Shown one piece after another: positions 10,279 to 20,004 of a stretch of DNA of 64,000 nt. Positions within the stretch are counted from its first letter, which is position 1; each line of letters opens with the position of its first letter. The notes below the pieces were generated by a model that was not told where the DNA came from, searched no databases, and saw only the letters and a program-made list of their open reading frames with translations. Source of the DNA: Verrucomicrobiota bacterium (GTDB lineage: Bacteria > Verrucomicrobiota > Verrucomicrobiia > Opitutales > Seribacteraceae); assembly GCA_027622665.1 (NCBI GenBank), contig JAQBYT010000001.1, positions 96,001-160,000 of the forward strand. The letters run 5' to 3'. Position numbers and translations under genes: made by a program.

Positions 10279-11337
10279 ATGAACACTTGGAAAATTGCAG
10301 TCGGTCTCTTCCTCTTCTCGTCTCTCACCGTCTTTGGAAAGACCGTTGTTAAACCAGTGGAACACGAGAAGGTTCCTTTCCGAGTACATGTCTTCGAGGA
10401 TTACGAAACGGACATTGAAAAACGGTGGTGGTTGCGAGGGGAACCCATCCGAAAAAGTCTGCCCCTTGGTTTATCGGAATCATTACCAAATAAAAGAGCA
10501 TGCCGATCGACCGAGACAAAAGATTTCGACCGAAAGATGGGCGACCGATCCAAGACCTATCAGGCAGTAATATTTAATCCTGTGCCTGGCCCACCGATGG
10601 CGGGCAACACGCATTTGAGCTTTCGTTGCCAATTGAAGAGAACGGATGTCCTTCGCTGCCAAATATACAGTTTATCAAAAGGCTATCATCGGCATCTTGT
10701 GCTAAGGAATTTGCCAAGAGACAAATGGCAGGCGTTGACGGTAGACATGACCGCAGCAAGAAGACCAGACGGAAGCGGAGGTCCACTGGAAAAGGACGAA
10801 CGCATAGACGACATCCAGTTCTATGTTGAAGAGGGGGCAGAGGTGTCGGTGGATGACGTCGTGCTCTTCGAACCTGCCCGCATTGGAGAAAAGGAAGCCT
10901 TTCCAAGACGGTTCATTTTCACTGGCTGGTTTGATACGGGAAAACAAGGAAAAGGCCATGAATGGCCCGGCGACTTCGACATCGTCTTGCACGAAAAGCC
11001 ACTTGCATGGGATGCCGCCAAGGCCGTTCAAGACGTAGCAACGGGAAACCCGTGGCTTCGAGTGAACTTGCGGGGTGTACGCCCACTAAGCGAAAGAAAC
11101 CGTCTGCGTTTCCGATGTAACACCTCGGCCAAGGAAATCCAAGTAAGCTTGCACGACACCGTATCGAACAAGGCTTGGGAAGATGTAGTCAAGGTTTCAA
11201 AGCAAGGAATCTGGCAAAACGCTGCAGTGGATTTTCAAGTCAAGAAAGGTTCTCGGGCAACGGACATCATATTCCGTATCCCCACAGGGGAGAACCTGCA
11301 AGTGGACGATCTCTTACTCTATGAACCCGACGAATAA
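10279..11337 (+). CDS. Secreted hypothetical protein with two beta-sandwich-like halves
   Basis: Signal peptide from ATG 10279 (MNTWKIAVGLFLFSSLTVFG); both halves end in similar segments (VDDVVLFEP / VDDLLLYEP). Confidence 0.7.
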   Translation: MNTWKIAVGLFLFSSLTVFGKTVVKPVEHEKVPFRVHVFEDYETDIEKRWWLRGEPIRKSLPLGLSESLPNKRACRSTETKDFDRKMGDRSKTYQAVIFNPVPGPPMAGNTHLSFRCQLKRTDVLRCQIYSLSKGYHRHLVLRNLPRDKWQALTVDMTAARRPDGSGGPLEKDERIDDIQFYVEEGAEVSVDDVVLFEPARIGEKEAFPRRFIFTGWFDTGKQGKGHEWPGDFDIVLHEKPLAWDAAKAVQDVATGNPWLRVNLRGVRPLSERNRLRFRCNTSAKEIQVSLHDTVSNKAWEDVVKVSKQGIWQNAAVDFQVKKGSRATDIIFRIPTGENLQVDDLLLYEPDE

Positions 11338-11398
11338 AGTTTTTCCAATTGTCACTTAGCCGTTTGACCTAGGTTATTCGAGAACCCAGTTTAAAATA

Positions 11399-14300
11399 AT
11401 GAAGATTTGCGCTTTGTTCTCTTTGTCTGCAATGGGAATGCTTCCTTTGACAGCTGCCCCCGGAGAACCACTTTTTCTCGAAACTTTGGAGACGAAAATA
11501 TCCCACATTTCCACCGACAACTCCATCAAGTACGACTACGACATCGTCTATGTTCGTGCCCAACGAGCGGGCGACGAAAAACACAAGCGCTACTACGCTG
11601 ACTTTTCACAGCCCATCACCATGGAACCAGGGGCAGATCTCATGCTTCTTCACCCGGACGGTTCCGAGGAACTGCTCGTTGCAGGGGGGCTAGGCTCAGT
11701 TACGGACCCCGTGGTTTCCTTCGACGGAAAGTGGGTCTATTACGTCAAGATTCACTACCTCGAAAAACGCAGTCAATGGAATCCTCCCGCCCAAGGCGCC
11801 GACATCTATAAGATCAATCTTAAATCGCGAAAAATCGTACAACTTACGGACCAAACCTTCGAGCCAAACCTAGGGGCGGCAAATTGGGCAACAGACTTTC
11901 GCACCCCCGAAAAAGGGAAAACCTATTATGAATACGGTGTCTACAACATGGGACCCTACCCTTTGCCAAACGGCAAAATCATTTTCACAAGTAACCGCCA
12001 CGGTTACAAACCATCCAACGGTTATCCCGCAATCGCCCTGCAGTTGTTTGTTATGGACGACTCCGATAAGGGGCTGGGCAAAAACATCGAGAAAATCGGC
12101 CACCTCAACGTCGCAGGAGCTCTGCACCCGGTAGTCCTTCGCGATGGTCGCGTAATATTCAGCAGCTTGGAATCGCAAGGTATCCGCAGCCGAATATCGT
12201 GGGGTATCTGGAGCATTCATCCCGACGGAACCTATTGGGAACCCGTCATCAGTGCATTCGATCCCGGAGGAGCCTCAAACGGCTTTCACTTTCAGACCCA
12301 GTTGAGTGATGGGTCTATTGTCATTGAGGAATACTACAACCAAAACAACAGTGGCTTTGGGGCCTATGTAAAGCTTCCCGAGCATCCCCCTTCGGGACAA
12401 CCTGCATTCGGTCCCGGTGATCGCAAGGATCCCCGCAACAAACCATGGCGCTTTGGCCGTCACTACAATGGGAAAGGCCGTTGGTATCGAATGGCATTTA
12501 TGCCAACAGGCTCGGTTTCGATGACGCCTTTTGCCCTCAATGGGGAAGGTCCCGCCGACCCTTCGGTATTGGCTGAGAAGAAATCGCCCAAGACGGGTAA
12601 GTTCACCCACCCATCGGGAGCCCCCGACAACCACATGCTGACCATTTATTCGCCTGGGCCGGTCAATCACCAGTACGCTTACCTGCCTCAACTTGACGGG
12701 GGCATTTACCTCTTGAAAAACGGGGAAGTGATCGATGAACCCGGAAAACTCCTGCTAATCAAGAATGATAACAAGTACAACGAGTCCTGGCCTCGAGCCG
12801 TGGTTCCATATGAAAGGATCTATGGAGTAAAGGAACCCGCCGACCTCCCCGCCTTGGCCAACGATGGCTCGGAATCCAAGGATTTGCCCGAAAGTACGCC
12901 ATTTGGCTTCGTCGGCGGTTCGAGCCTATATAAAAGAGGCAGCTATCCCGACGGCACCGTACCGGAAGGTTCCGTAACCGCGTCCTATCCGGGCGGTAAG
13001 GATCCATGGAAAGGCTTGGATGCGTTCACTAGTCACGGAAACGGCATGCCCATTAACTGGCACAACCAAGGAGCCGATGCCGGGCTCTATGAAAACGAAG
13101 CCATTCATGCCATTCGCATTCTCCTGATGGATCCAACCACGGATCGTCATAGAGGAGACAAGCAAGGCCGTTTGTTCTACAACCATGCCAGCGAAAGATT
13201 GCGTATCGCGGGAGAAATACCCGTGCGGAAATTCAAGCAGGATGGTTCTCAATCAAAGGATCCCGACGGCAATCCCGATACTAGTTTCATGGCCAAGATT
13301 CCCGCCGACACGCCCTTTACTTTCCAAACAATCGACAAGCGAGGAATGGTCCTCAACTCCTCGCAAACTTGGCACCAACTTCGACCCGGGGAAATACGCA
13401 ACAACTGCGGCGGATGTCATGCTCACAGCCAAAACCCAACGGATTTCACCCTCACTCTCGCATCCAAGTCCGACTATAAAGTTTGGGACTTGGTAACATC
13501 AACACCCCTCGTTACCTCGAAAAAACACGATCACACCAATAAACGCTGGGACACGAAAGAATCCAGCGGTTTGCGATACTCAAAGAATGAGATCTACAAC
13601 GTCGAGTACTTCCGAGATGTGAAACCCATCTTGGACCGAAGTTGCGTGGCTTGTCATACGAAGAAATGGCAGAAGCCGGCGGGCAAGCTCGTCCTCGATG
13701 CGGACAACGAGGATAAACAGTTCGGGCATATCGGGAAATTTCCCGGCACCTACTACCGCTTGGCCCTCGATGAAAAGGCGGAGTTCGGCCACAAACCATT
13801 CGGTTACGACAGTTGGGGTTATCCGAACGCTTCACGCTATATACGTAAAATGCAGGCTCGGCGCAGTCTCCTCACATGGAAAATATTCGGTGACCGTCTG
13901 GATGGCTTTTCTAATGACGACCATCCTTCCGAACCAGAGCCCGGTTCGGGCAAGCTCGTCCTGAGAGGTGTGGAAATGGACGGCAAAAATTATCGTGCGA
14001 AATGGGATTTGGACTACCTCGGGAAACGCATGCCGCCACCTTCCGCCGTAGCTGGAACCTACGAAGCCCCCAACGGCAAATCCATCAAGGTGCCGGATCT
14101 AACCGAGGAGGATCGCTTCACCCTCGTCCGCTGGATCGACCTCGGCTGCCCGATCGATCTCGATTTCGATCCCGACAATCCGAAAGAAAGAGGTTATGGC
14201 TGGATGCTGGACGACGCACGCCCCACCCTCACGCTCTCCCATCCACTGCCAGGCGACAACTCACCTCTTGAGCGGATCCTTCTAGGTGCCCACGACTATG

Positions 14301-14548
14301 ACTCAGGTCTCGACTTGCCGAGCTTGTCCGTGGTCGCCGATTTCGACGTAGCAGGTCGCAAGTCAGGCGAAGATCTTGCTTCTCTCTTCAAGCCCAAGTC
14401 CCAAGGCGTCCATGAGCTTCGTCTCCCAAAAACCATCAAGCAACTCAAACAGGGACGCCTCGTCGTGACCATTCGCGACAAACAAGGCAACCAAACGAAA
14501 ATCGACCGCGTTTTCTCCATTGGAAGAAAAAAAACCGCTTTACGATAA
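11399..14548 (+). CDS. HzsA-related secreted protein (beta-propeller, hydrazine synthase alpha middle-domain-like region, two c-type haem motifs)
   Basis: Signal peptide; TolB/PD40-like repeats (DPVVSFDGKWVYY, LPNGKIIFTSNR); SFMAKIPADTPFTFQTIDKRG...RPGEIRNNCGGCH; second motif CVACH. Confidence 0.75.
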   Translation: MKICALFSLSAMGMLPLTAAPGEPLFLETLETKISHISTDNSIKYDYDIVYVRAQRAGDEKHKRYYADFSQPITMEPGADLMLLHPDGSEELLVAGGLGSVTDPVVSFDGKWVYYVKIHYLEKRSQWNPPAQGADIYKINLKSRKIVQLTDQTFEPNLGAANWATDFRTPEKGKTYYEYGVYNMGPYPLPNGKIIFTSNRHGYKPSNGYPAIALQLFVMDDSDKGLGKNIEKIGHLNVAGALHPVVLRDGRVIFSSLESQGIRSRISWGIWSIHPDGTYWEPVISAFDPGGASNGFHFQTQLSDGSIVIEEYYNQNNSGFGAYVKLPEHPPSGQPAFGPGDRKDPRNKPWRFGRHYNGKGRWYRMAFMPTGSVSMTPFALNGEGPADPSVLAEKKSPKTGKFTHPSGAPDNHMLTIYSPGPVNHQYAYLPQLDGGIYLLKNGEVIDEPGKLLLIKNDNKYNESWPRAVVPYERIYGVKEPADLPALANDGSESKDLPESTPFGFVGGSSLYKRGSYPDGTVPEGSVTASYPGGKDPWKGLDAFTSHGNGMPINWHNQGADAGLYENEAIHAIRILLMDPTTDRHRGDKQGRLFYNHASERLRIAGEIPVRKFKQDGSQSKDPDGNPDTSFMAKIPADTPFTFQTIDKRGMVLNSSQTWHQLRPGEIRNNCGGCHAHSQNPTDFTLTLASKSDYKVWDLVTSTPLVTSKKHDHTNKRWDTKESSGLRYSKNEIYNVEYFRDVKPILDRSCVACHTKKWQKPAGKLVLDADNEDKQFGHIGKFPGTYYRLALDEKAEFGHKPFGYDSWGYPNASRYIRKMQARRSLLTWKIFGDRLDGFSNDDHPSEPEPGSGKLVLRGVEMDGKNYRAKWDLDYLGKRMPPPSAVAGTYEAPNGKSIKVPDLTEEDRFTLVRWIDLGCPIDLDFDPDNPKERGYGWMLDDARPTLTLSHPLPGDNSPLERILLGAHDYDSGLDLPSLSVVADFDVAGRKSGEDLASLFKPKSQGVHELRLPKTIKQLKQGRLVVTIRDKQGNQTKIDRVFSIGRKKTALR

Positions 14549-14572
14549 TCACTTTTTGCGGCTCCTAAACCC

Positions 14573-14602
14573 TTGCAACGGCACCTAGTTGCACGCTAAA
14601 AT
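14573..14602 (+). promoter_or_regulatory. Putative sigma70 promoter with an overlapping inverted repeat, probably leaderless
   Basis: TTGCAA-18 nt-TAAAAT ending 7 nt before ATG 14610; TGCAAC-N8-GTTGCA at 14574-14593. Confidence 0.5.
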
Positions 14603-14609
14603 ATATTCG

Positions 14610-17480
14610 ATGAAATCCCCGACCATAGCCAGTTTCCTGTTCGTCGCATGCTTTGCGACGGCAACTACCGCATGGACCGAGGAAACGGCGGAAGGATTGG
14701 CTTTCTTCGAAAAGAAAATACGTCCTGTCTTGGCTGAGAGTTGCTACCAGTGTCATTCGGCCAAGGCGAAGAAACTCAAGGCGGATCTGTATCTGGACCG
14801 CAAGGCGGGTTGGGTGCATGGAGGGGAAAACGGAACTGTCGTGGTGCCGGGAAAACCCAGTGAAAGTCGTTTGCTTACGGCCATTCGATACAAGGACAAC
14901 GACTTGCGTATGCCTCCAAATAAAAAGTTGCCCAAGCATGTATTGTCCGATTTCGAAACATGGATCGCTATGGGAGCTCCAGATTCTCGAGACGCACCCA
15001 TGGAAGTTGCTCATGAAAGCAGTGGACCACAAAGCAAGAGCTTGGAGGAAGGTCGTGGATTCTGGGCTTTTCGGCCTTTGGTTGCTCCAGAACTACCAAA
15101 GGTCAACGACGGGACATGGGCTGCCGATGAGATTGACCATTTCGTCTTGGCCAACCTCGAAGAGAAGAATTTGAAACCCAACGCTCCGGCAAACAAAGCG
15201 ACCTTGCTTCGACGAACCTATTTCGACCTAACCGGCCTTCCTCCTACTCACGAACAAATCGATGCCTTTCATGCAGATGACTCATCCGAAGCCTTCGCCA
15301 AGGTGGTGGACGCTTTGCTCGACTCCCCGCGCTTCGGTGAACGATGGGGACGCCACTGGTTGGACGTGGCCCGCTATGCCGATACCACGGGTGGTGGTCG
15401 CAACTTCGCATTCCCTAATGCTCCCCGTTACCGAGAATATGTTATCCGGAGCTACAACGAGGACAAACCATTCGATCGATTCGTGAAGGAACAGGTTGCG
15501 GGCGACCTGCTTCACTCCTCCACAGATGCCGAGTACAACGAGAACCTCACGGGGTCGGGCTTCCTCGCCCTAGGACCACACAACTACGAACTGCAGGACA
15601 AGGCCTTGCTGCGAATGGAGATCGTGGACGAGCAAATCATCGCCGTGGGACGGGCTTTTCTAGGAGTTACCATGGGGTGCGCCCGTTGCCACGACCACCC
15701 CTTCGATCCCTTTCCCACCGACGAATATTATTCCCTCGCTGGAATATTCCGGAGCACGGACAGTTCGGTGCCCGGCAACGTGGCCAATTTCATCGAACGT
15801 GAACTCCGAGACGAATATGCCAACATTAGGGAAAAGCACTCCGAAATGCAAAAGACTTGGGAAGCCGACCTGAAGCAAGCGGAGAACAAACTGAAATCTC
15901 TGGGTGGTAAAGCCAGTTCCGGCAAAGACCCCGCAAAGTCCCTTGATCCCAAGAAACTTGAGGGCATTGTGGTCGATGACGATGAAGCCAAAATCGTTGG
16001 AGAATGGGTTTCCTCCACTTCCAACACAGGTTATGTCGGCACCCGCTACATTCACGATGCCGCTATCGGCAAAGGCAAGAAATCGGTCACCTTTCCCGCC
16101 ATGATACCAAAGTCCGGGAAATATGAAGTTCAGCTTTCCTACACCATGGGGACAAATCGCGCCCAAAAGGTTCCGGTCGCCATCATGCATGACGTCGGTG
16201 AGAAAAAGGTATTAATCGATCAAACCAAACGCCCACCTATTTTAGGTTCGTTCGTCTCTCTTGGAACCTTTCATTTCGAAGAAGGGAAATGGGATGTGGT
16301 AAAGGTCACCACCGAGGCCACCACCCAAGTCGTCATAGTCGATGCCATCCGATTGTTGCCCGAAGAAGACAACAAAGTCGTACCGACGGTGGCAACGAAT
16401 AACAAATCTGCACCCACAAAAAGTAAACAAGAACAAGCAACCGCCAAAGCCCGAAAAAAGGAGATGGAGGTTCTTGTCGACAACCTGAAGAAGCAAATTG
16501 AAAAGCATAAGAAGGACGCCCCTCCGAAAGTGGGCAAAGTGATGTCCGTTCGTGAACACAAGGAAGCTGGCGACTGGCACATTCATCGTCGCGGCGGCAT
16601 TCGCAATTTGGGACCTTACGTGAAGCGCGGGTTCCTCGCCGTGGCGACGCCCGAAAACCTTTCGCCCAAGCCGGAAATCCCAAAAGGCGCCAGCGGAAGA
16701 CTCCAACTCGCAGAATGGATGGCATCCTCCAAGAATCCGCTTACCTCTCGCGTATACGTCAACCGCGTCTGGAGACATCTTTTTGGACGAGGCATTGTAC
16801 CCACCCTAGACAATTTCGGCGAAATGGGAACACGCCCCACGCATCCAAAACTGCTGGATCACTTGGCCACATCTTTCATGGAAAACGAATGGTCTACCAA
16901 GAAAATCATTCGCAAGATAATGCTTTCCAAAACTTACCGCATGTCATCCTTGGAAACAGTCCAAGCACTTGGGGCAGACCCGCAAAACGATCTCTTTTCT
17001 CGTCAGAATCGACGGCGGCTCGAGGTGGAGGCGATTCGGGACGCCATGTTGGTGGCAAGTGGGCAACTGGACGATTCCGGGGAAAGCATCAACAAGAAAC
17101 GCTCCATGTTCGAGAAACTGGACCGCAATCGCATCCCTGAGATGTTCAATGTCTTCGATTACCCAAATCCTGGGCTCGTATCAGGCAACCGAAACACCAG
17201 CACGGTCCCCACCCAAGCCCTGTTCATGATGAACAGCGATTTCGTTCTCAATGAAGCAAAGGCAGCAGCATCCAAAATACTCGAAGTGGAGGGATTGAAC
17301 GACCAGCAAAGACTCGTTCTGGCCTACAAGACCGCCTTGGGAAGAATTCCCAGTGAAACGGAAAACTCGCTTGCCTTGGCCTATCTCAAGAAACAGGATG
17401 GAGACACAAACCAGCAAGATACTTGGGCTGGCATCCTTCATGGAATTTTTGCCTGTCTCGACTTTCGCTACCTGAACTGA
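14610..17480 (+). CDS. PSD1 / planctomycete cytochrome c protein (PSCyt1-DUF1549-DUF1553) with golvesin/CBM-like insert
   Basis: FFEKKIRPVL..CYQCH, RWGRHWLDVARYADT, CARCHDH, NPLTSRVYVNRVW, RRLEVEAIRD, TVPTQALFMMN. Confidence 0.9.
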   Translation: MKSPTIASFLFVACFATATTAWTEETAEGLAFFEKKIRPVLAESCYQCHSAKAKKLKADLYLDRKAGWVHGGENGTVVVPGKPSESRLLTAIRYKDNDLRMPPNKKLPKHVLSDFETWIAMGAPDSRDAPMEVAHESSGPQSKSLEEGRGFWAFRPLVAPELPKVNDGTWAADEIDHFVLANLEEKNLKPNAPANKATLLRRTYFDLTGLPPTHEQIDAFHADDSSEAFAKVVDALLDSPRFGERWGRHWLDVARYADTTGGGRNFAFPNAPRYREYVIRSYNEDKPFDRFVKEQVAGDLLHSSTDAEYNENLTGSGFLALGPHNYELQDKALLRMEIVDEQIIAVGRAFLGVTMGCARCHDHPFDPFPTDEYYSLAGIFRSTDSSVPGNVANFIERELRDEYANIREKHSEMQKTWEADLKQAENKLKSLGGKASSGKDPAKSLDPKKLEGIVVDDDEAKIVGEWVSSTSNTGYVGTRYIHDAAIGKGKKSVTFPAMIPKSGKYEVQLSYTMGTNRAQKVPVAIMHDVGEKKVLIDQTKRPPILGSFVSLGTFHFEEGKWDVVKVTTEATTQVVIVDAIRLLPEEDNKVVPTVATNNKSAPTKSKQEQATAKARKKEMEVLVDNLKKQIEKHKKDAPPKVGKVMSVREHKEAGDWHIHRRGGIRNLGPYVKRGFLAVATPENLSPKPEIPKGASGRLQLAEWMASSKNPLTSRVYVNRVWRHLFGRGIVPTLDNFGEMGTRPTHPKLLDHLATSFMENEWSTKKIIRKIMLSKTYRMSSLETVQALGADPQNDLFSRQNRRRLEVEAIRDAMLVASGQLDDSGESINKKRSMFEKLDRNRIPEMFNVFDYPNPGLVSGNRNTSTVPTQALFMMNSDFVLNEAKAAASKILEVEGLNDQQRLVLAYKTALGRIPSETENSLALAYLKKQDGDTNQQDTWAGILHGIFACLDFRYLN

Positions 17481-17492
17481 AACCTGAAAACC

Positions 17493-18908
17493 ATGCACCA
17501 ACTCGGCCAATCGTTCACACGTCGCCAAATGCTAAAGAGCGCGGCTTGTGGCTTTGGTTCACTGGCTTTGGCCGGCATGCAAGGAGCCCATGCTCTTTCG
17601 GGGAATCCTTTGGCTGCAAAGACCTCCCTCATCCAGCAGCGAGCCAAGCGCGTGATCTTTATCTTCATGTCGGGGGGGCCCAGTCATGTCGACACCTTCG
17701 ACTACAAGCCTGAGCTAATAGCCAAGGACGGCAAGGACATCGATTTCGTGGGCGTCCGCACAGATACTTTCGGCAAACAGAGCAATCGTCGATTGATGAA
17801 ACCTCTTTGGGATTTCAAGCAATATGGTGAATGCGGGCAACACGTCTCCTCTATCTTTCCCCACATCGCCAGCCAAGTCGACGACTTGGCGTTCATCCAC
17901 TCGATGCACACGGAGGGCGTAGCTCACGGCCCGTCCACGCTGTTCCTCCATACAGGAGCAACCAACTTAGTGCGGCCCTCAATGGGGAGTTGGATTTCAT
18001 ACGGTCTTGGCACTGAAAACGAAAACCTCCCTGCCTTCATCACCATTTCTCCGTCCGCAGGCAAAGGCGGCCCACGCAACTACGGAAACTCTTTCCTCCC
18101 CTCCATCCACCAAGGCACGGCCATCGGACGAGCAGGGAGCACAAATGACGCTAAAATCAGGAACGTCGACAACGCCATACTCAACGCCGCCCAACGGCGT
18201 CAGCGTTTCGATTTCTTGCAACAATTGAATGCCGAACAAGCAGGTCGCTCTCCTTCCGACGATCGTTTAGATGCCACCATCAAGACATATGAACTTGCTT
18301 GGCGCATGCAAATGGAGGCCCCCGAACTTACGGATATTTCAAAGGAGACGGAGGCCACCAAACATATTTACGGCATTGGTGAAAAGAAAACTGACAATTT
18401 CGGCAAGCAATGCCTGCTTGCCCGAAGGATGGTCGAACGAGGCGTTCGGTATGTCTCCGTAAATTATTCAGACGAATCCAGTAATCCGCGCTGGGACCAG
18501 CACAGCAACATGCCCAAGCATGCCGATCACGCCAAGGCCACTGACAAACCCGTGGCGGGATTATTGCGTGACCTGAAGGCGAGAGGATTACTCGAAGACA
18601 CCCTCGTCTGGTGGGGCGGCGAATTCGGTCGGACGCCTTTTGCCCAAAGCAAGGATGGTCGAGACCACAATCCCCGAGGATTCACCGTGTTCCTCGCCGG
18701 GGGTGGCATCAAATCAGGGATTTCCTACGGGGCCACGGATGAAATTGGTAGCGTGGCCGTTGAAAACCGTGTTCATATGCACGATCTCCATGCCACTATC
18801 CTACATGCCCTTGGCTTGGATCACGAAAAGCTAACTTACCCATACGCGGGGCGTAATTTTCGTCTCACCGACGTGGCGGGACGGGTTGTCCACGATCTCT
18901 TCGCCTGA
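17493..18908 (+). CDS. DUF1501 family protein (Tat-exported)
   Basis: TRRQMLK twin-arginine signal, FMSGGPSHVDTFDYKP, GEFGRTP, GRDHNP, HDLHATILH. Confidence 0.92.
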   Translation: MHQLGQSFTRRQMLKSAACGFGSLALAGMQGAHALSGNPLAAKTSLIQQRAKRVIFIFMSGGPSHVDTFDYKPELIAKDGKDIDFVGVRTDTFGKQSNRRLMKPLWDFKQYGECGQHVSSIFPHIASQVDDLAFIHSMHTEGVAHGPSTLFLHTGATNLVRPSMGSWISYGLGTENENLPAFITISPSAGKGGPRNYGNSFLPSIHQGTAIGRAGSTNDAKIRNVDNAILNAAQRRQRFDFLQQLNAEQAGRSPSDDRLDATIKTYELAWRMQMEAPELTDISKETEATKHIYGIGEKKTDNFGKQCLLARRMVERGVRYVSVNYSDESSNPRWDQHSNMPKHADHAKATDKPVAGLLRDLKARGLLEDTLVWWGGEFGRTPFAQSKDGRDHNPRGFTVFLAGGGIKSGISYGATDEIGSVAVENRVHMHDLHATILHALGLDHEKLTYPYAGRNFRLTDVAGRVVHDLFA

Positions 18909-18961
18909 ACCCTCCTTTCGCAGCTTGCCCTCTCCGAAGGGTATGATTAAATCCTGACAGT

Positions 18962-19951
18962 ATGAAGGCTATTATCTTGCACGCGCACGGTGGTCCTGAA
19001 CTCTTTCGCATCGAGGACCGACCGAAACCCGAGATAAAACCAGGACATGTCTTGATTCGGGTCGCTGCATCCAGCGTAAATCCAGTCGACTTCAAGATCA
19101 GGCAAGGGTTGATTCCCATCGGTCCCGAACTACCCGGAATCCTCCACGGGGACATGTCGGGTACTGTCGAGGAGGTCGGTGAAGGAGTGGAAGGTTTTAC
19201 GGAAGGAGACGAAGTGTACGGATGCATTGGCGGATTCAAGGATTTACCCGGAGTCTTGGCCGACTACGCCCTTGCCGATGCCCGCCTGTTGGCAAGGAAA
19301 CCAACGAATCTCTCAATGATAGAGGCCGCCGCACTACCCTTGGTCACCATAACGGCTTGGAACGCCCTCATGGACAGAGCCCAGGTCTCAGAAGGGCAAA
19401 GAGTACTTGTTCATGCCGCCGCCGGTGGCGTGGGCCATATTGCGCTTCAAATCGCCAAGGCTGCTGGAGCCGAGGTGCACGTCACTGCATCGAGTGAGGA
19501 GAAGATCGCACTCGGCAGGGAACTTGGTGCCGACGTAGGCATCAACTACAAAGAGGCAACGGTCGAGGAATACGTCGCCGCCCACACAAATGGAGAAGGT
19601 TACGACGTCGTTTTCGACACCGTGGGAACCACTAGACTCGACGATTCCTTCCAAGCCGCCAAAATCGGCGGTACAGTTGTCTCCATCGCAGCTCGCTCCA
19701 CCCATGACCTCACGCATGTACATGTGCGAGCCCTCACCCTGCACGTCGTCTTCATGCTACTACCCCTCGCCCGCAACATCGGACGCGAACACCATGGAGC
19801 AATCTTGCGACAAGCTACTCAATTGGTCGAAGCTGGTAAGCTACGACCTCATTTGCACACCGAGGTATTCCCTTTCGAACGAGTTGGCGATGCTCATGCC
19901 CTCCTGGAATCTGGCGGGACGTTTGGTAAAATCGTCCTTTCGAATAGTTAG
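18962..19951 (+). CDS. MDR-family (zinc-binding alcohol dehydrogenase-type) quinone oxidoreductase
   Basis: ASSVNPVDFKIR, AAALPL, HAAAGGVGH, GKIVL. Confidence 0.9.
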   Translation: MKAIILHAHGGPELFRIEDRPKPEIKPGHVLIRVAASSVNPVDFKIRQGLIPIGPELPGILHGDMSGTVEEVGEGVEGFTEGDEVYGCIGGFKDLPGVLADYALADARLLARKPTNLSMIEAAALPLVTITAWNALMDRAQVSEGQRVLVHAAAGGVGHIALQIAKAAGAEVHVTASSEEKIALGRELGADVGINYKEATVEEYVAAHTNGEGYDVVFDTVGTTRLDDSFQAAKIGGTVVSIAARSTHDLTHVHVRALTLHVVFMLLPLARNIGREHHGAILRQATQLVEAGKLRPHLHTEVFPFERVGDAHALLESGGTFGKIVLSNS

Positions 19952-20004
19952 ATTCGGCTTTCAGCTTGCGACTGGCGTAAGTCGTCCTAAATTATCCAAA
20001 TGGG

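Noticed and set aside
10272..10285. ACATGAACA resembling the recA upstream LexA-like site, near the ogt/SPL operon
   Set aside because: Only one half-site, and it is formed by the ATG-AAC start of the divergent gene.
11399..14548. Anammox hydrazine synthase
   Set aside because: No hzsB/hzsC or other anammox genes nearby; HzsA-like domains are widespread in non-anammox PVC bacteria.
19968..19985. GCGACTGGCG upstream of dinB resembles the start of a ZMP/ZTP riboswitch
   Set aside because: The intergenic region is only about 53 bp and lacks P2 and the 3' CGCCTGGGC pseudoknot element; better explained as a promoter with a small hairpin.
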